Of a stretch of DNA of 64,000 nucleotides, positions 9,156-18,018 are shown in pieces. The translations under genes were made by a program, and so were the position numbers. The notes beneath the pieces were generated by a model that was not told the origin of the DNA, made no database searches, and saw only the letters and a list, made by a program, of their open reading frames with translations. Source of the DNA: Aulosira sp. ZfuVER01 (GTDB lineage Bacteria; Cyanobacteriota; Cyanobacteriia; Cyanobacteriales; Nostocaceae); NCBI GenBank assembly GCA_034530615.2, contig JAVRCV020000071.1:1-64000 (forward strand). Reading direction: 5' to 3'. Each line of letters opens with the position of its first letter. Position 1 is the stretch's first letter.

Positions 9156-12125
9156 TTACTGATAACAAGCTTTTTTCCCTTGTTCTGCGGCTTGGTAATC
9201 GGGTTTTAACTTTAAGGCTTGATCGAAAGCGGCGATCGCTTTTTCAGTTTGGCGAAATTCACACAGGCTCAGTCCCAGATAGTACCAGATTTCCGCTTTT
9301 TGCGGATTAGTTAGCTGGTGACGATCTAGGAGAAAGTAAAATTGGGCGATCGCTTGATCGTCTCGCTTTAAGGCTTGCAGCGCAATCCCTTTACCCCGCA
9401 AAGCCGCGAAGTATTGGGGATTATATTTCAATGCTTGCTCGTAAGCTTTTAAAGATCCTTCGTATTCCTGTTTTTGCAAGAACACTTTAGCTTGATAGCT
9501 CAAACCAATAGCTAACTCTTTGGCATTGGCGTCTTTACGTTCAACTTCCCAAATCGCTCTTAAAAGCTCGATTGCTTGATTCACAGTAGTCAGCGCTGTA
9601 TCTGGTTGCTTAAGTGCTAGTAGTGCTTCAGTTTTGTTAATCCAGAATACAGGGTCTTTGGCGTTGAGCATAATCGCTTTATCAAAAGCGGCGATCGCTT
9701 CATTATACTGTTTGAGGTTATATAGCGCTTCCCCTCGGCAATTCCAAGCATAAACAGCTTCTGGGTTAATGATAGTTGCTGTGGTGCAGGATTCTAGCAT
9801 CTGGTTGTAGTCTTTCATCCCGGCTAGTGCATAGCCTCGGTTAGTCCAAGATTGGTAGTAGTTGCTATCGAGTTTTAAAAGTTTGTTGTATTTGGCGATC
9901 GCTTGTTGATATTCTCCTTGGTGCAATAGCTCATTACCGCGTTTAAAAATTGTTTCTACTTGTAACCATCTAAAGACAAAAAAACCTAAGACCATCAAGC
10001 CAGAACCACAAACCATCAAGCCAGCTATTAACAGCAAAACCCAAATTCGTTTAGTGATGCTTGGTTCAGGGGGAGCAAGAGTATTGCTGACATTCAAAGT
10101 ATTTCCTGATGGGATGGGATTATATAGAGTTGTTTTTGCCATTGAAGGAAGCAGTATCTTCTCTAATTCTCGCTCTACCCAATGGCGATCGAAAACCGAT
10201 TGGTAAATCCGATTTCCCAATTTCAGCTTGTCTTGTTGTTGCACTACCAATCCCCAACGCAATAGTTCTGTCTGTTCTCGACTTGCATTGATTGGAACTT
10301 CACCCTGCTGCCAAATTTGCTGGTATAGTTCCAGCAGCCTTAAGGGGTCACATTGGCGATTGTGGATAATACCTGCGCGAATTTCTTGTAAATGCTCAGA
10401 TGCTACTTGAGTTTCCCAATTGTTAATCAAGCGCGTCTGTATGAGCTGATGCACTGTTGCTGCTTCTGCACCTGCGGGAATAAACACTTCTGACTCCGCC
10501 AGCAATTGACAAACCTGTTGAGTCAGAATCGGCTGTCCATCTGTCCAAAAAATTACTTCCGATAGCACAGCATCCGGATAACTAGCTTTTTCTTCTAATT
10601 TAAATAATTGAATCGTGCCACGGCTCAACAGTCTTAACCTTGCGGATTCCCGGTTTATCCAATTAGCATCAAAAACTGATTTGTAAATCCGGTTTGCGAC
10701 TCTTAGTTGGTCTTGTTGTTGCACTAATAATTTTAAACGCAATAGTTCTGCTTGTTCTGGACTGTTATTCGTTGGTACTTCTCCCTGGTACAAAATTTGT
10801 TCATATAGTTCCAGCAAAGATAAAGGGTCGCATTGCTGATTGCGGATAATACTGTTACGAATCCCTTGTAAATGCTCACCTGCTACCTGAGTTTCCCAAC
10901 GATGAATCAAGCGACTTTTTACTAACTGTTGCACTGTTGCTGCTTCTGCACCTGCGGGAATCAACTCTTGCGATTCCGCCAACAATCGACAAAGTTTTTG
11001 GGTAAGAATCGGCTGTCCATCTGTCCAAAACATCACTTCTGTCATTACAACTTCTGGACAACTAGCTTTTTCTTCTAACTTAAATAATTTAATCGTGCTG
11101 TGGCTTAACAGTCTTAACTTTGCTAATTCCTGCTTGACCCAATTGGCATCAAAAACCGATTGGTAAATGCGGTTCGAGACTCTTAGTTGTTTCTGCCTTT
11201 GTCTTACTAATCCTATCTCCAACAGTTCTGTCTGTTCTGGACTATTATTAGTGGAAATTCCTCCCTGTTGTAAAACTTGTTGGTAAAGTTCCAACAGTAA
11301 TAATGGGTCGCATTGCTGATTGTGGATAATACTGTCGCTTATCCTTTGTAAATGCTCGCTTGCCAGCTGAGTTTCCCAATGATGAATTAAACGGGTTTGT
11401 ACTAGTTGTTGTAAAGTTGCTGCTTCTGCACCTGCGGGAATAAATCCTGGCAAATCTGCCAGTAATCGACAAAGTTTTTGGGTGAGAATCGGTTGCCCAT
11501 TTGTCCATGACAGTACTTCTGTCATTACAACATCTGGCCGACTAGCTTTTTCATCTAATTTGAATAATTTGATAGTACTGCGGCTAAACAGTCTTAACAT
11601 CGATGATTCCTGCTCTCCCAACTGGGAATCGAAAACCGATTGCTCAATTGATGAGTTCGATGCTCCCGAATCGTTTTGCTGTGGTACTATTAATTTCTGC
11701 AACCGTTCTGCCTGCGTTGGGCTATCAGGCGTTGAGACTTCTTCATGCTGCATTTGGTCTTCTAAAGCCAGATTTTCTAAAAAAAATTTGATTGTAGTCG
11801 GTTTCAACCAACCTTTAAGTACAGCTAATTCTCCGAAGCGAAGTTTCTTCTGTGGTTGTTCTGCGAGGATTATTTTGATTTGCTGCTCATTTAACAGTCC
11901 AGCATCTTTTAAATACTTACCCAAGGACTGTCTTGGTTTTTGCTTTAGTAAAGCCGGCCACTGCTGAGAGAAAAAATCAGCCGTTTCTTGTTTCAGCCAT
12001 CCATGCGCAGCTAAAATTTCACCAAGCCGCAACCCAGCAAGTTGAGTTTGCTCTTTCAGAGCTATTTCTATCTGTTCGGATGAAATTAGATCGGCCTGTT
12101 GTAAAACTTTACCAAGCGGCTTCAT
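9156..12125 (-). CDS. Membrane protein: MshEN-like motifs, 3x STAND/AAA_35-associated helical repeat, TM helix, TPRs
   Basis: 989 aa; RLGEILAAHGWL-type motifs; three WTxGQPILTQKLC repeats; hydrophobic IWVLLLIAGLMV...FFVF segment; TPR consensus (WNCRGEALYNL). Confidence 0.88.
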   Translation of the reverse strand: MKPLGKVLQQADLISSEQIEIALKEQTQLAGLRLGEILAAHGWLKQETADFFSQQWPALLKQKPRQSLGKYLKDAGLLNEQQIKIILAEQPQKKLRFGELAVLKGWLKPTTIKFFLENLALEDQMQHEEVSTPDSPTQAERLQKLIVPQQNDSGASNSSIEQSVFDSQLGEQESSMLRLFSRSTIKLFKLDEKASRPDVVMTEVLSWTNGQPILTQKLCRLLADLPGFIPAGAEAATLQQLVQTRLIHHWETQLASEHLQRISDSIIHNQQCDPLLLLELYQQVLQQGGISTNNSPEQTELLEIGLVRQRQKQLRVSNRIYQSVFDANWVKQELAKLRLLSHSTIKLFKLEEKASCPEVVMTEVMFWTDGQPILTQKLCRLLAESQELIPAGAEAATVQQLVKSRLIHRWETQVAGEHLQGIRNSIIRNQQCDPLSLLELYEQILYQGEVPTNNSPEQAELLRLKLLVQQQDQLRVANRIYKSVFDANWINRESARLRLLSRGTIQLFKLEEKASYPDAVLSEVIFWTDGQPILTQQVCQLLAESEVFIPAGAEAATVHQLIQTRLINNWETQVASEHLQEIRAGIIHNRQCDPLRLLELYQQIWQQGEVPINASREQTELLRWGLVVQQQDKLKLGNRIYQSVFDRHWVERELEKILLPSMAKTTLYNPIPSGNTLNVSNTLAPPEPSITKRIWVLLLIAGLMVCGSGLMVLGFFVFRWLQVETIFKRGNELLHQGEYQQAIAKYNKLLKLDSNYYQSWTNRGYALAGMKDYNQMLESCTTATIINPEAVYAWNCRGEALYNLKQYNEAIAAFDKAIMLNAKDPVFWINKTEALLALKQPDTALTTVNQAIELLRAIWEVERKDANAKELAIGLSYQAKVFLQKQEYEGSLKAYEQALKYNPQYFAALRGKGIALQALKRDDQAIAQFYFLLDRHQLTNPQKAEIWYYLGLSLCEFRQTEKAIAAFDQALKLKPDYQAAEQGKKACYQ
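10161..11600 (-). repeat. Three intragenic 480-bp (160-aa) tandem repeats
   Basis: GGCTNAACAGTCTTAAC at 10622, 11102 and 11582; TGCTGCTTCTGCACCTGCGGGAAT recurs with the same period. Confidence 0.95.
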
Positions 12126-12369
12126 AGAACCATTAATATTAAGCTATACAAAGAAAATAGCAAGATAGATTAGTTTTTTAATTAAAAATTAATTCTACCA
12201 TTCACGTCAGTAGTTAAACTATTATTTAAGTATTAATTCATAGAAGTTCTTGAGCGATCGGGCGTAAAACCCCATCTGTTTATGAACAGTCTGATACTGC
12301 CGTACTCAAAAGCGATCGCACACCCGACAAAACTACTAAGTGCAATTACTCATATTTAAAACACTGAGT

Positions 12370-12505
12370 GCGATGTCTACAACAAGCTCTACGGGTGACG
12401 CTCCTTCCCCCAAGGGGAGACGCTTCGCTAACGTGCAGTTGCTACCCTTCGGCTTCTCCTTTGGAGTACAAGTCAGTGAACCCGGCTCATCGCTTTGCGT
12501 CTACG
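12370..12505. repeat. SDR1-like element in a HIP1 site, interrupted by further mini-repeats
   Basis: Starts GCGATGTCTACAACAAGCT and ends GCGTCTACG (compare the intact copy at 46943); internal hairpin repeats. Confidence 0.55.
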
Positions 12506-12619
12506 GGCTTTCAAAATCAGCTTTTGTTACCAACGTCTCGACGTTTGTTATAAACGTGAAGCCATTTATCAAGCCAGCTGGAATTTTTTAACACCAGTCG
12601 CCGCCACTTGTTTTTAGCC

Positions 12620-12983
12620 CCACCGTGTACACACAACTCGGAAAATCTCATCCCAATTCCCGAAAATCCCGATACAGATAGATTTTTCGTAGGGGTTTAG
12701 CAATGTTCATTGGTGTCAACTTAAGCTAAAAATAGCCTCTCCGGTAGCTTTGTCACTCGCCTGAGAATGAATTCTCAGGCTAATAGCCCAAGTCTACTAA
12801 AGTAGACTCAAGATTTTGAGGATATTTAGTCATCTTCAAATGACTTTTGCTATTAGCAAGGAACTGAAGTTCCTTGCGGGATGAGGGTTTCGCGTTAAGC
12901 TGACACGTATGAGCATTCCTAAACTCTCTACCACGTATTTGGATCATTCTTAGGTGATTAGATTAGTTGTGTGTACATCGTAG
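12620..12983. mobile_element. Nested MITE/REP-like composite element
   Basis: Outer IR ACCGTGTACACACAACT (12622) / AGTTGTGTGTACATCGT (12965); inner long imperfect IR 12689-12725 / 12895-12931; central multi-hairpin core. Confidence 0.7.
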
Positions 12984-12996
12984 GCGTATCAGCTGA

Positions 12997-15477
12997 TTAA
13001 TTGACTTTGAAAGTTTCTACAGCTGCTTGTAATTCCTGTGAAATTTCAACAGTCTGTTTGAGAGATTGGGAAGCTTGACGCGAGTAGTCACTAGTAAGTA
13101 CTGACACTTGAGAAATTTCTTGCATCAGTTTGCTGACTGCTTGTGATGTTTCTACCTGAGATGCAGTTGCGAGAAAAATTGATTGTACTAAATCATCAAT
13201 TTGTTTGGATACATTGAGAATTTGACTTAGGGAACTTTTGGCATTTTCGATAATGTTAGTACCTTCTACTACCTGATTAGTTCCTAATTCCATCGCTGTG
13301 ATAACTTCATTAGTTTCTCGTTGAATTTTCTCGACAATTTGCGCAATTTCTTTAGTAGCATCAGAGCAGCGGCCTGCTAGTGAAGCAACTTCTTCAGCAA
13401 TAATCGCAAAACCTTCACCTTCTATACCCGATCTTGTGGCTTCCAGTCCAGCGTTGATCGCTAAAAAGTTAGTTTGCATAGCTATTTGCTCGATCAAAGC
13501 GACTACATGAGAGATTTGTTGCGAAGATTCTCCCAAACGCTTGACTTTTTTCGCTGTGTCGCCAATTGTTGAGCGCAGTTTTAAGATATTTTGTACAGCC
13601 AGATCCATAGCCTCGCCATTTTCTTCAGCAGTGCAGGATGCTGTGTGAGCAACTAAAGCCGCTTTTCTAGCATTCTCTGCTACAGATTCAATAGAACTTT
13701 TCATTTGGTCAATACTAACCAAGCTGAGGCTGATATCATCTGCTTGTTGGAGTGCTTTCTTTGCAAGTTGGCGAATAGCAACTTCGTTTTCTCCGATGGC
13801 TGAATTCACCTGGATAGCTGATGTTTTTACTTTAGTCACGATCGCTCTGAGACTTTCAACAATTGAGTTAAAAAAATCAGCAACTGTACCAAGTTCTCCT
13901 GATATAACTTCAGAACGCACAGTCAAATCACCTTGGGATGCACCTTCAATGTCTCTAAGGAGAGTGAGTATTTGTTGTTGTAATGCTTCGTTTTGTTGGC
14001 TTTGCTCAATAGCAGTAGCTTCTGCATAAGAACGAGCTGTGTCTACTTGTTCTAGAAGGTATGATTGCTCTAGTGCATAACCAACTGGAATCGCTACTTG
14101 TGTCAACAATTCAATTTCTAATTTTTGCCAATTACGAGTACCGGAACACTGGTGCGCTATCAGCAAACCATATAGCTTGTTATCAAGCAAAATTGGTGCA
14201 ACTAAATTCGCCTTGATCGCAAATTGTTCTAGTTGTTCCAGATGGCACTCAGTTAACCCAGCTGCGTAAATATTTTCTAGTGCTTGAACTCGGCCGTTCT
14301 GGTATTTATAAACATATTCATTGGCAAAACAAGGGTCGGCAATTTCTTTCCCTAAGGATTGAGGCCAATCCGTGCCAACAGATTCAGCAATAATCTTACC
14401 TTGCCAATTTTCATCAAAACGATAGACAATGACGCGATCGGTTTTGATCGCTTCTCTAATACTGGTGACTGCTACATTGAGGATGTGTGTAGTTTTGAGC
14501 GAACCACGGAAACGCGCGGTAATTTCATTGACTATTTGCGTCAATCTTGCTTCATTTTCTTGTCGGATAAATTCTTGTGTAATTCTATCTGCTATTTGAT
14601 TAAAAATATTAGCTAATTGCCCGATTTCATCATTAGCAAAAACCTCAGACCGAGCAGAGCGATCGCCTGTAGCAAATTTGTTAGCTGTTTGCTCTAACTG
14701 CTGGATAGGTTGAACAATTCCCCGGCGTAAAACAAATGTCCAGAATAGGATGAGCGTTAATGCTAAGATAATTGCAAATAATTCTAACCAAAAATAATTT
14801 TTTAGTAATTGGTTGAGAGCAGTTTCTGGGGTTAATCTCACTAAAATAGCTACAGATTTTTCATCAAAATTAGTGCTTGGCTGCTCATCTGTTTCAATAA
14901 TTTTACTGGGTACAGCTTTAGCTGCCATTGCATAAGTGTTGTTACCTAATTTTATTCTGCTAGTAACTACTTTACCTTCAGCCATTGATGCTGCTTCTAA
15001 TAAATATTTTCCTTCTTGGGGTAAATTTAAATCGGCTTGTGCCTGATTCAAATCTGTTGCTAGAGCAAATTCACCTGTTGGTTGACGTAAATAGACAGCG
15101 CTGTAACTGCCAACCGTAGCTTTTAATGTTTCCTGGTTATTTATATCTGTGACAGCTAATTCTGACTTTGCTTGTTCAAGTGATAGAGTCTGTAAATTGT
15201 TACTAATTAAGCCTCTACCTACTATACTGATACCTAAAATAGTAATTGCTTCAGACACTATTAACGCAATCAATTGTTTGCGGTTAATAGAAAGGTTATA
15301 GAATTTCTGCAATAAAGATTTTTTTTCTAACCGAGATACACCTTTGTTATTTTGGGTGTATGCAGAAATCTCTGGAGGAGACGGATTATTAATGTCAAGA
15401 GTAAATTGTGGGTTTAAAGAAGAGGGTTGATACTGTGTTTTCAACCCATTTTTGTCGGCATGAAGTCCATTTTTCAT
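12997..15477 (-). CDS. Methyl-accepting chemotaxis/phototaxis protein with HAMP and cyanobacteriochrome GAF (PixJ-like)
   Basis: Two TM helices; HAMP (DEIGQLANIFN); GAF with DPCF and CH; MCP signalling hairpin IAMQTNFLAINAGLEA. Confidence 0.92.
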   Translation of the reverse strand: MKNGLHADKNGLKTQYQPSSLNPQFTLDINNPSPPEISAYTQNNKGVSRLEKKSLLQKFYNLSINRKQLIALIVSEAITILGISIVGRGLISNNLQTLSLEQAKSELAVTDINNQETLKATVGSYSAVYLRQPTGEFALATDLNQAQADLNLPQEGKYLLEAASMAEGKVVTSRIKLGNNTYAMAAKAVPSKIIETDEQPSTNFDEKSVAILVRLTPETALNQLLKNYFWLELFAIILALTLILFWTFVLRRGIVQPIQQLEQTANKFATGDRSARSEVFANDEIGQLANIFNQIADRITQEFIRQENEARLTQIVNEITARFRGSLKTTHILNVAVTSIREAIKTDRVIVYRFDENWQGKIIAESVGTDWPQSLGKEIADPCFANEYVYKYQNGRVQALENIYAAGLTECHLEQLEQFAIKANLVAPILLDNKLYGLLIAHQCSGTRNWQKLEIELLTQVAIPVGYALEQSYLLEQVDTARSYAEATAIEQSQQNEALQQQILTLLRDIEGASQGDLTVRSEVISGELGTVADFFNSIVESLRAIVTKVKTSAIQVNSAIGENEVAIRQLAKKALQQADDISLSLVSIDQMKSSIESVAENARKAALVAHTASCTAEENGEAMDLAVQNILKLRSTIGDTAKKVKRLGESSQQISHVVALIEQIAMQTNFLAINAGLEATRSGIEGEGFAIIAEEVASLAGRCSDATKEIAQIVEKIQRETNEVITAMELGTNQVVEGTNIIENAKSSLSQILNVSKQIDDLVQSIFLATASQVETSQAVSKLMQEISQVSVLTSDYSRQASQSLKQTVEISQELQAAVETFKVN

Positions 15478-15600
15478 AAAAAATAGTTACCTGTCAGTCA
15501 ATCAGTATACCCAACTCAATGCAGTATCATTACCCAGCCTAATTCTTAAACATTAATGCTGTTTCTGCAACGCACAATTGCCTAAATAGCCAAAGCTGAA

Positions 15601-15748
15601 TATAGGACTCTTATTTGATTTTTCTTCTCTGTTCCCTCTTCCCTGCTTCCTCCCTATCGCGCTGGTGCTGTGCGTACCCCTACGGGGAAGCAAGCTACGC
15701 GAAGCGTCTCGCAGAGAAGCACACCACGCAAACAATTTCAAAAATCAC
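15601..15748. mobile_element. MITE-like dispersed repeat copy 1, with inserted mini-repeat
   Basis: Shares GGACTCNTATTTGATTTTT and CCTCCCTATCGCGCT...CACCACGCAA with 32998-33129. Confidence 0.6.
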
Positions 15749-16136
15749 TAGAGACAATATGTTAATATCAAGCTGGTAAATAGCTAGGTAGCGAATTAAC
15801 ATAATTACTGTCAAATAAAGTGTGTTAATTTGCTATTTTTTTTACTTCTGAATTACCAGTAATCAATTATTTCATTTGCTTCTAACCTTTTTGTTGTAAA
15901 TTAGGTGAATATCAAAAGAATTTACTTACATAAATTAAAATCTACAATTCTATTAGTAATTCTGTCAATAAAACCGATTTTTCGCAAAATCTCACATCCA
16001 AAATCTAAAATTGTTTGACTTTAGTGTAGCGATACTAGCCATTTTTCTAGGATAGATTCTCCCCAATTTTCCGATGCCAGTTAATAGTAAAACAAGGCAG
16101 GATATGAGCATCTGAAAAATTTTGAGGAGAAATTAG

Positions 16137-17135
16137 ATGTCTTCATTACTAGAATTATCCAACAGTTTAGCCGATACCGTAGAACAAGCAGGGAGTGCTG
16201 TAGTTGCAGTGAATGCTGGCACACGCATCTCTAGCAGTGGAATTCACTGGCGTCATGGTATTGTTGTCACTTCCGATGAGTCGCTTCAGCGTTATGACGA
16301 AATAACTGTCACTCTATCAGATGGGCGCTCTATCGCTGCTACACATTTGGGGCATGACTCTAGCACTGATGTAGCTGTTTTCCAACTACAAGATGTAGAA
16401 ACTCCTGTAGCGAAAATTGGCGATGCAACAACACTGAAAATTGGTCATTTAGTCTTAGGAATAGCGAGAAGCAAAGAAGGCGAGTTGCGGGCCGCTTTAG
16501 GTGCTGTGAGTGCGATCGCTGGTGCTTGGCGAAGTATGAGTGGTGGTAATATCGACCAATTCATCCGCCCCGATATTACTCTTTACCCTGGTTTTGCAGG
16601 CGGCCCGCTTGTAGATGCGGCTGGTTATGTAGTAGGCATGAACACATCGGGACGGCGCGGTACAGCTTTAACTATTCCCGCAGCTACAGTCAATCGTGTA
16701 GTCGATCAATTGCTAGCAAAAGGACACATTGCACGGGGTTATTTAGGTGTGGGAATGCAACCTGTACGCTTACCAAATAATCTGATCGCGGCTTTAAATT
16801 TAACTTCTGCTACTGGTGTAATTGTTGTCAATGTCGAGCCTAATGGCCCAGCTGATAGCGCAGGTGTAATGCTAGGCGATGTGTTAGTAGCATTCGATGG
16901 CACAACCGTGAGTGATACGGGCGATGTGATGGCGCTCTTGAATAGTAGCGATCGCGTTGGTAAAACTGTCCCACTGCAAGTTATCCGGGGTGGGGTGTTA
17001 GTTGAATTAGCAATTACAGTTGGCGAACGACCATTTGAGGAGTCCCCACGCCAAGAAGCTGCGGAAAAACCTACCGATCGCTCTCACCACAGAAGAGGGC
17101 GACATGGTAGGAGAGGTTCGTCCCATTCACGTTAA
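16137..17135 (+). CDS. S1C/HtrA-like trypsin + PDZ protein, predicted catalytically inactive
   Basis: Trypsin fold motifs but TSDES replaces TNxHV and PGFAGGP replaces PGNSGGP; PDZ GYLGV; SD GAGGAG upstream. Confidence 0.88.
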   Translation: MSSLLELSNSLADTVEQAGSAVVAVNAGTRISSSGIHWRHGIVVTSDESLQRYDEITVTLSDGRSIAATHLGHDSSTDVAVFQLQDVETPVAKIGDATTLKIGHLVLGIARSKEGELRAALGAVSAIAGAWRSMSGGNIDQFIRPDITLYPGFAGGPLVDAAGYVVGMNTSGRRGTALTIPAATVNRVVDQLLAKGHIARGYLGVGMQPVRLPNNLIAALNLTSATGVIVVNVEPNGPADSAGVMLGDVLVAFDGTTVSDTGDVMALLNSSDRVGKTVPLQVIRGGVLVELAITVGERPFEESPRQEAAEKPTDRSHHRRGRHGRRGSSHSR

Positions 17136-17175
17136 CTGTAAGGCAGAAGAAAGAAGGCAGAGGGCAGAAGGGAAT

Positions 17176-18018
17176 ATGACTACCACAAAAATTACATACA
17201 TCACCGATGAATTGGCAACTTTAGCTGCTAAGTTACGCCACAGCACAGTTAAAGTTCAAAGCAATTCTCAAGGAGTTGGTTCTGGTGTAATCTGGCAAAG
17301 TGATGGGTTAATTATCACTAATGCCCATGTCGCAACTAGCAACAAAGCAAAGGTGGAATTGGCAGATGGTCGCGTGTTTGACGCTGTGCGCACCCACTTT
17401 GACCCACAGCAAGATTTAGCGGCTCTGAAAATTACTGCTACTGATTTAATTACTGCAACTATTGGTGATTCTGAGGCGCTGCGAGTCGGTGAGTTAGTTT
17501 TAGCGGTGGGTAATCCGTTCGCTGACAGTGGTGCAGTGACCACAGGGATTATCCATGCCCGTCATCAGCAGGCAGTGATGGCTGATATCCGGCTGTATCC
17601 TGGCAATTCTGGGGGGCCACTGGCTGACTGTCTCGGTCGAGTTGTGGGGATTAATACGATGGTTGTTAACGGTTTGGCTGTAGCGATCCCTAGTTTAACT
17701 GTCAATCGCTTTTTGCTTGCTCCTAGCCGTCCGCGATTGGGGGTGACGTTGCAACCTGTGTGGGTGGGTAAACGCAACTTCGGTTTATTGGTGTTGTCTG
17801 TCCTTGCTGATAGTGCGGCGGCGATCGCTGGTTTACAAATTGGTGATGTGTTAATCGGAATTTCCGGGCAATTATTTACTAACAGTGATGATCTGGGCAA
17901 ATATCTCCAACAAAACCAAAATCAAGAATCAATACCTTTACAACTCTGGCGTAGCGGTCAACAACTTATTGTTTACGTGCGATTACAGAGTGATAAAACT
18001 GCGGTGGAGGCAACATGA
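17176..18018 (+). CDS. S1C/HtrA-like serine protease with PDZ, intact triad
   Basis: TNAHV, DLAAL, PGNSGGPL; PDZ; ATG at 17176 avoids overlap with the upstream gene. Confidence 0.92.
   Translation: MTTTKITYITDELATLAAKLRHSTVKVQSNSQGVGSGVIWQSDGLIITNAHVATSNKAKVELADGRVFDAVRTHFDPQQDLAALKITATDLITATIGDSEALRVGELVLAVGNPFADSGAVTTGIIHARHQQAVMADIRLYPGNSGGPLADCLGRVVGINTMVVNGLAVAIPSLTVNRFLLAPSRPRLGVTLQPVWVGKRNFGLLVLSVLADSAAAIAGLQIGDVLIGISGQLFTNSDDLGKYLQQNQNQESIPLQLWRSGQQLIVYVRLQSDKTAVEAT

Noticed and set aside
17020..17175. N-terminal extension of the second protease in the ORF track
   Set aside because: TTG start overlaps the upstream gene and runs through AGGCAGA repeats; ATG 17176 is more plausible
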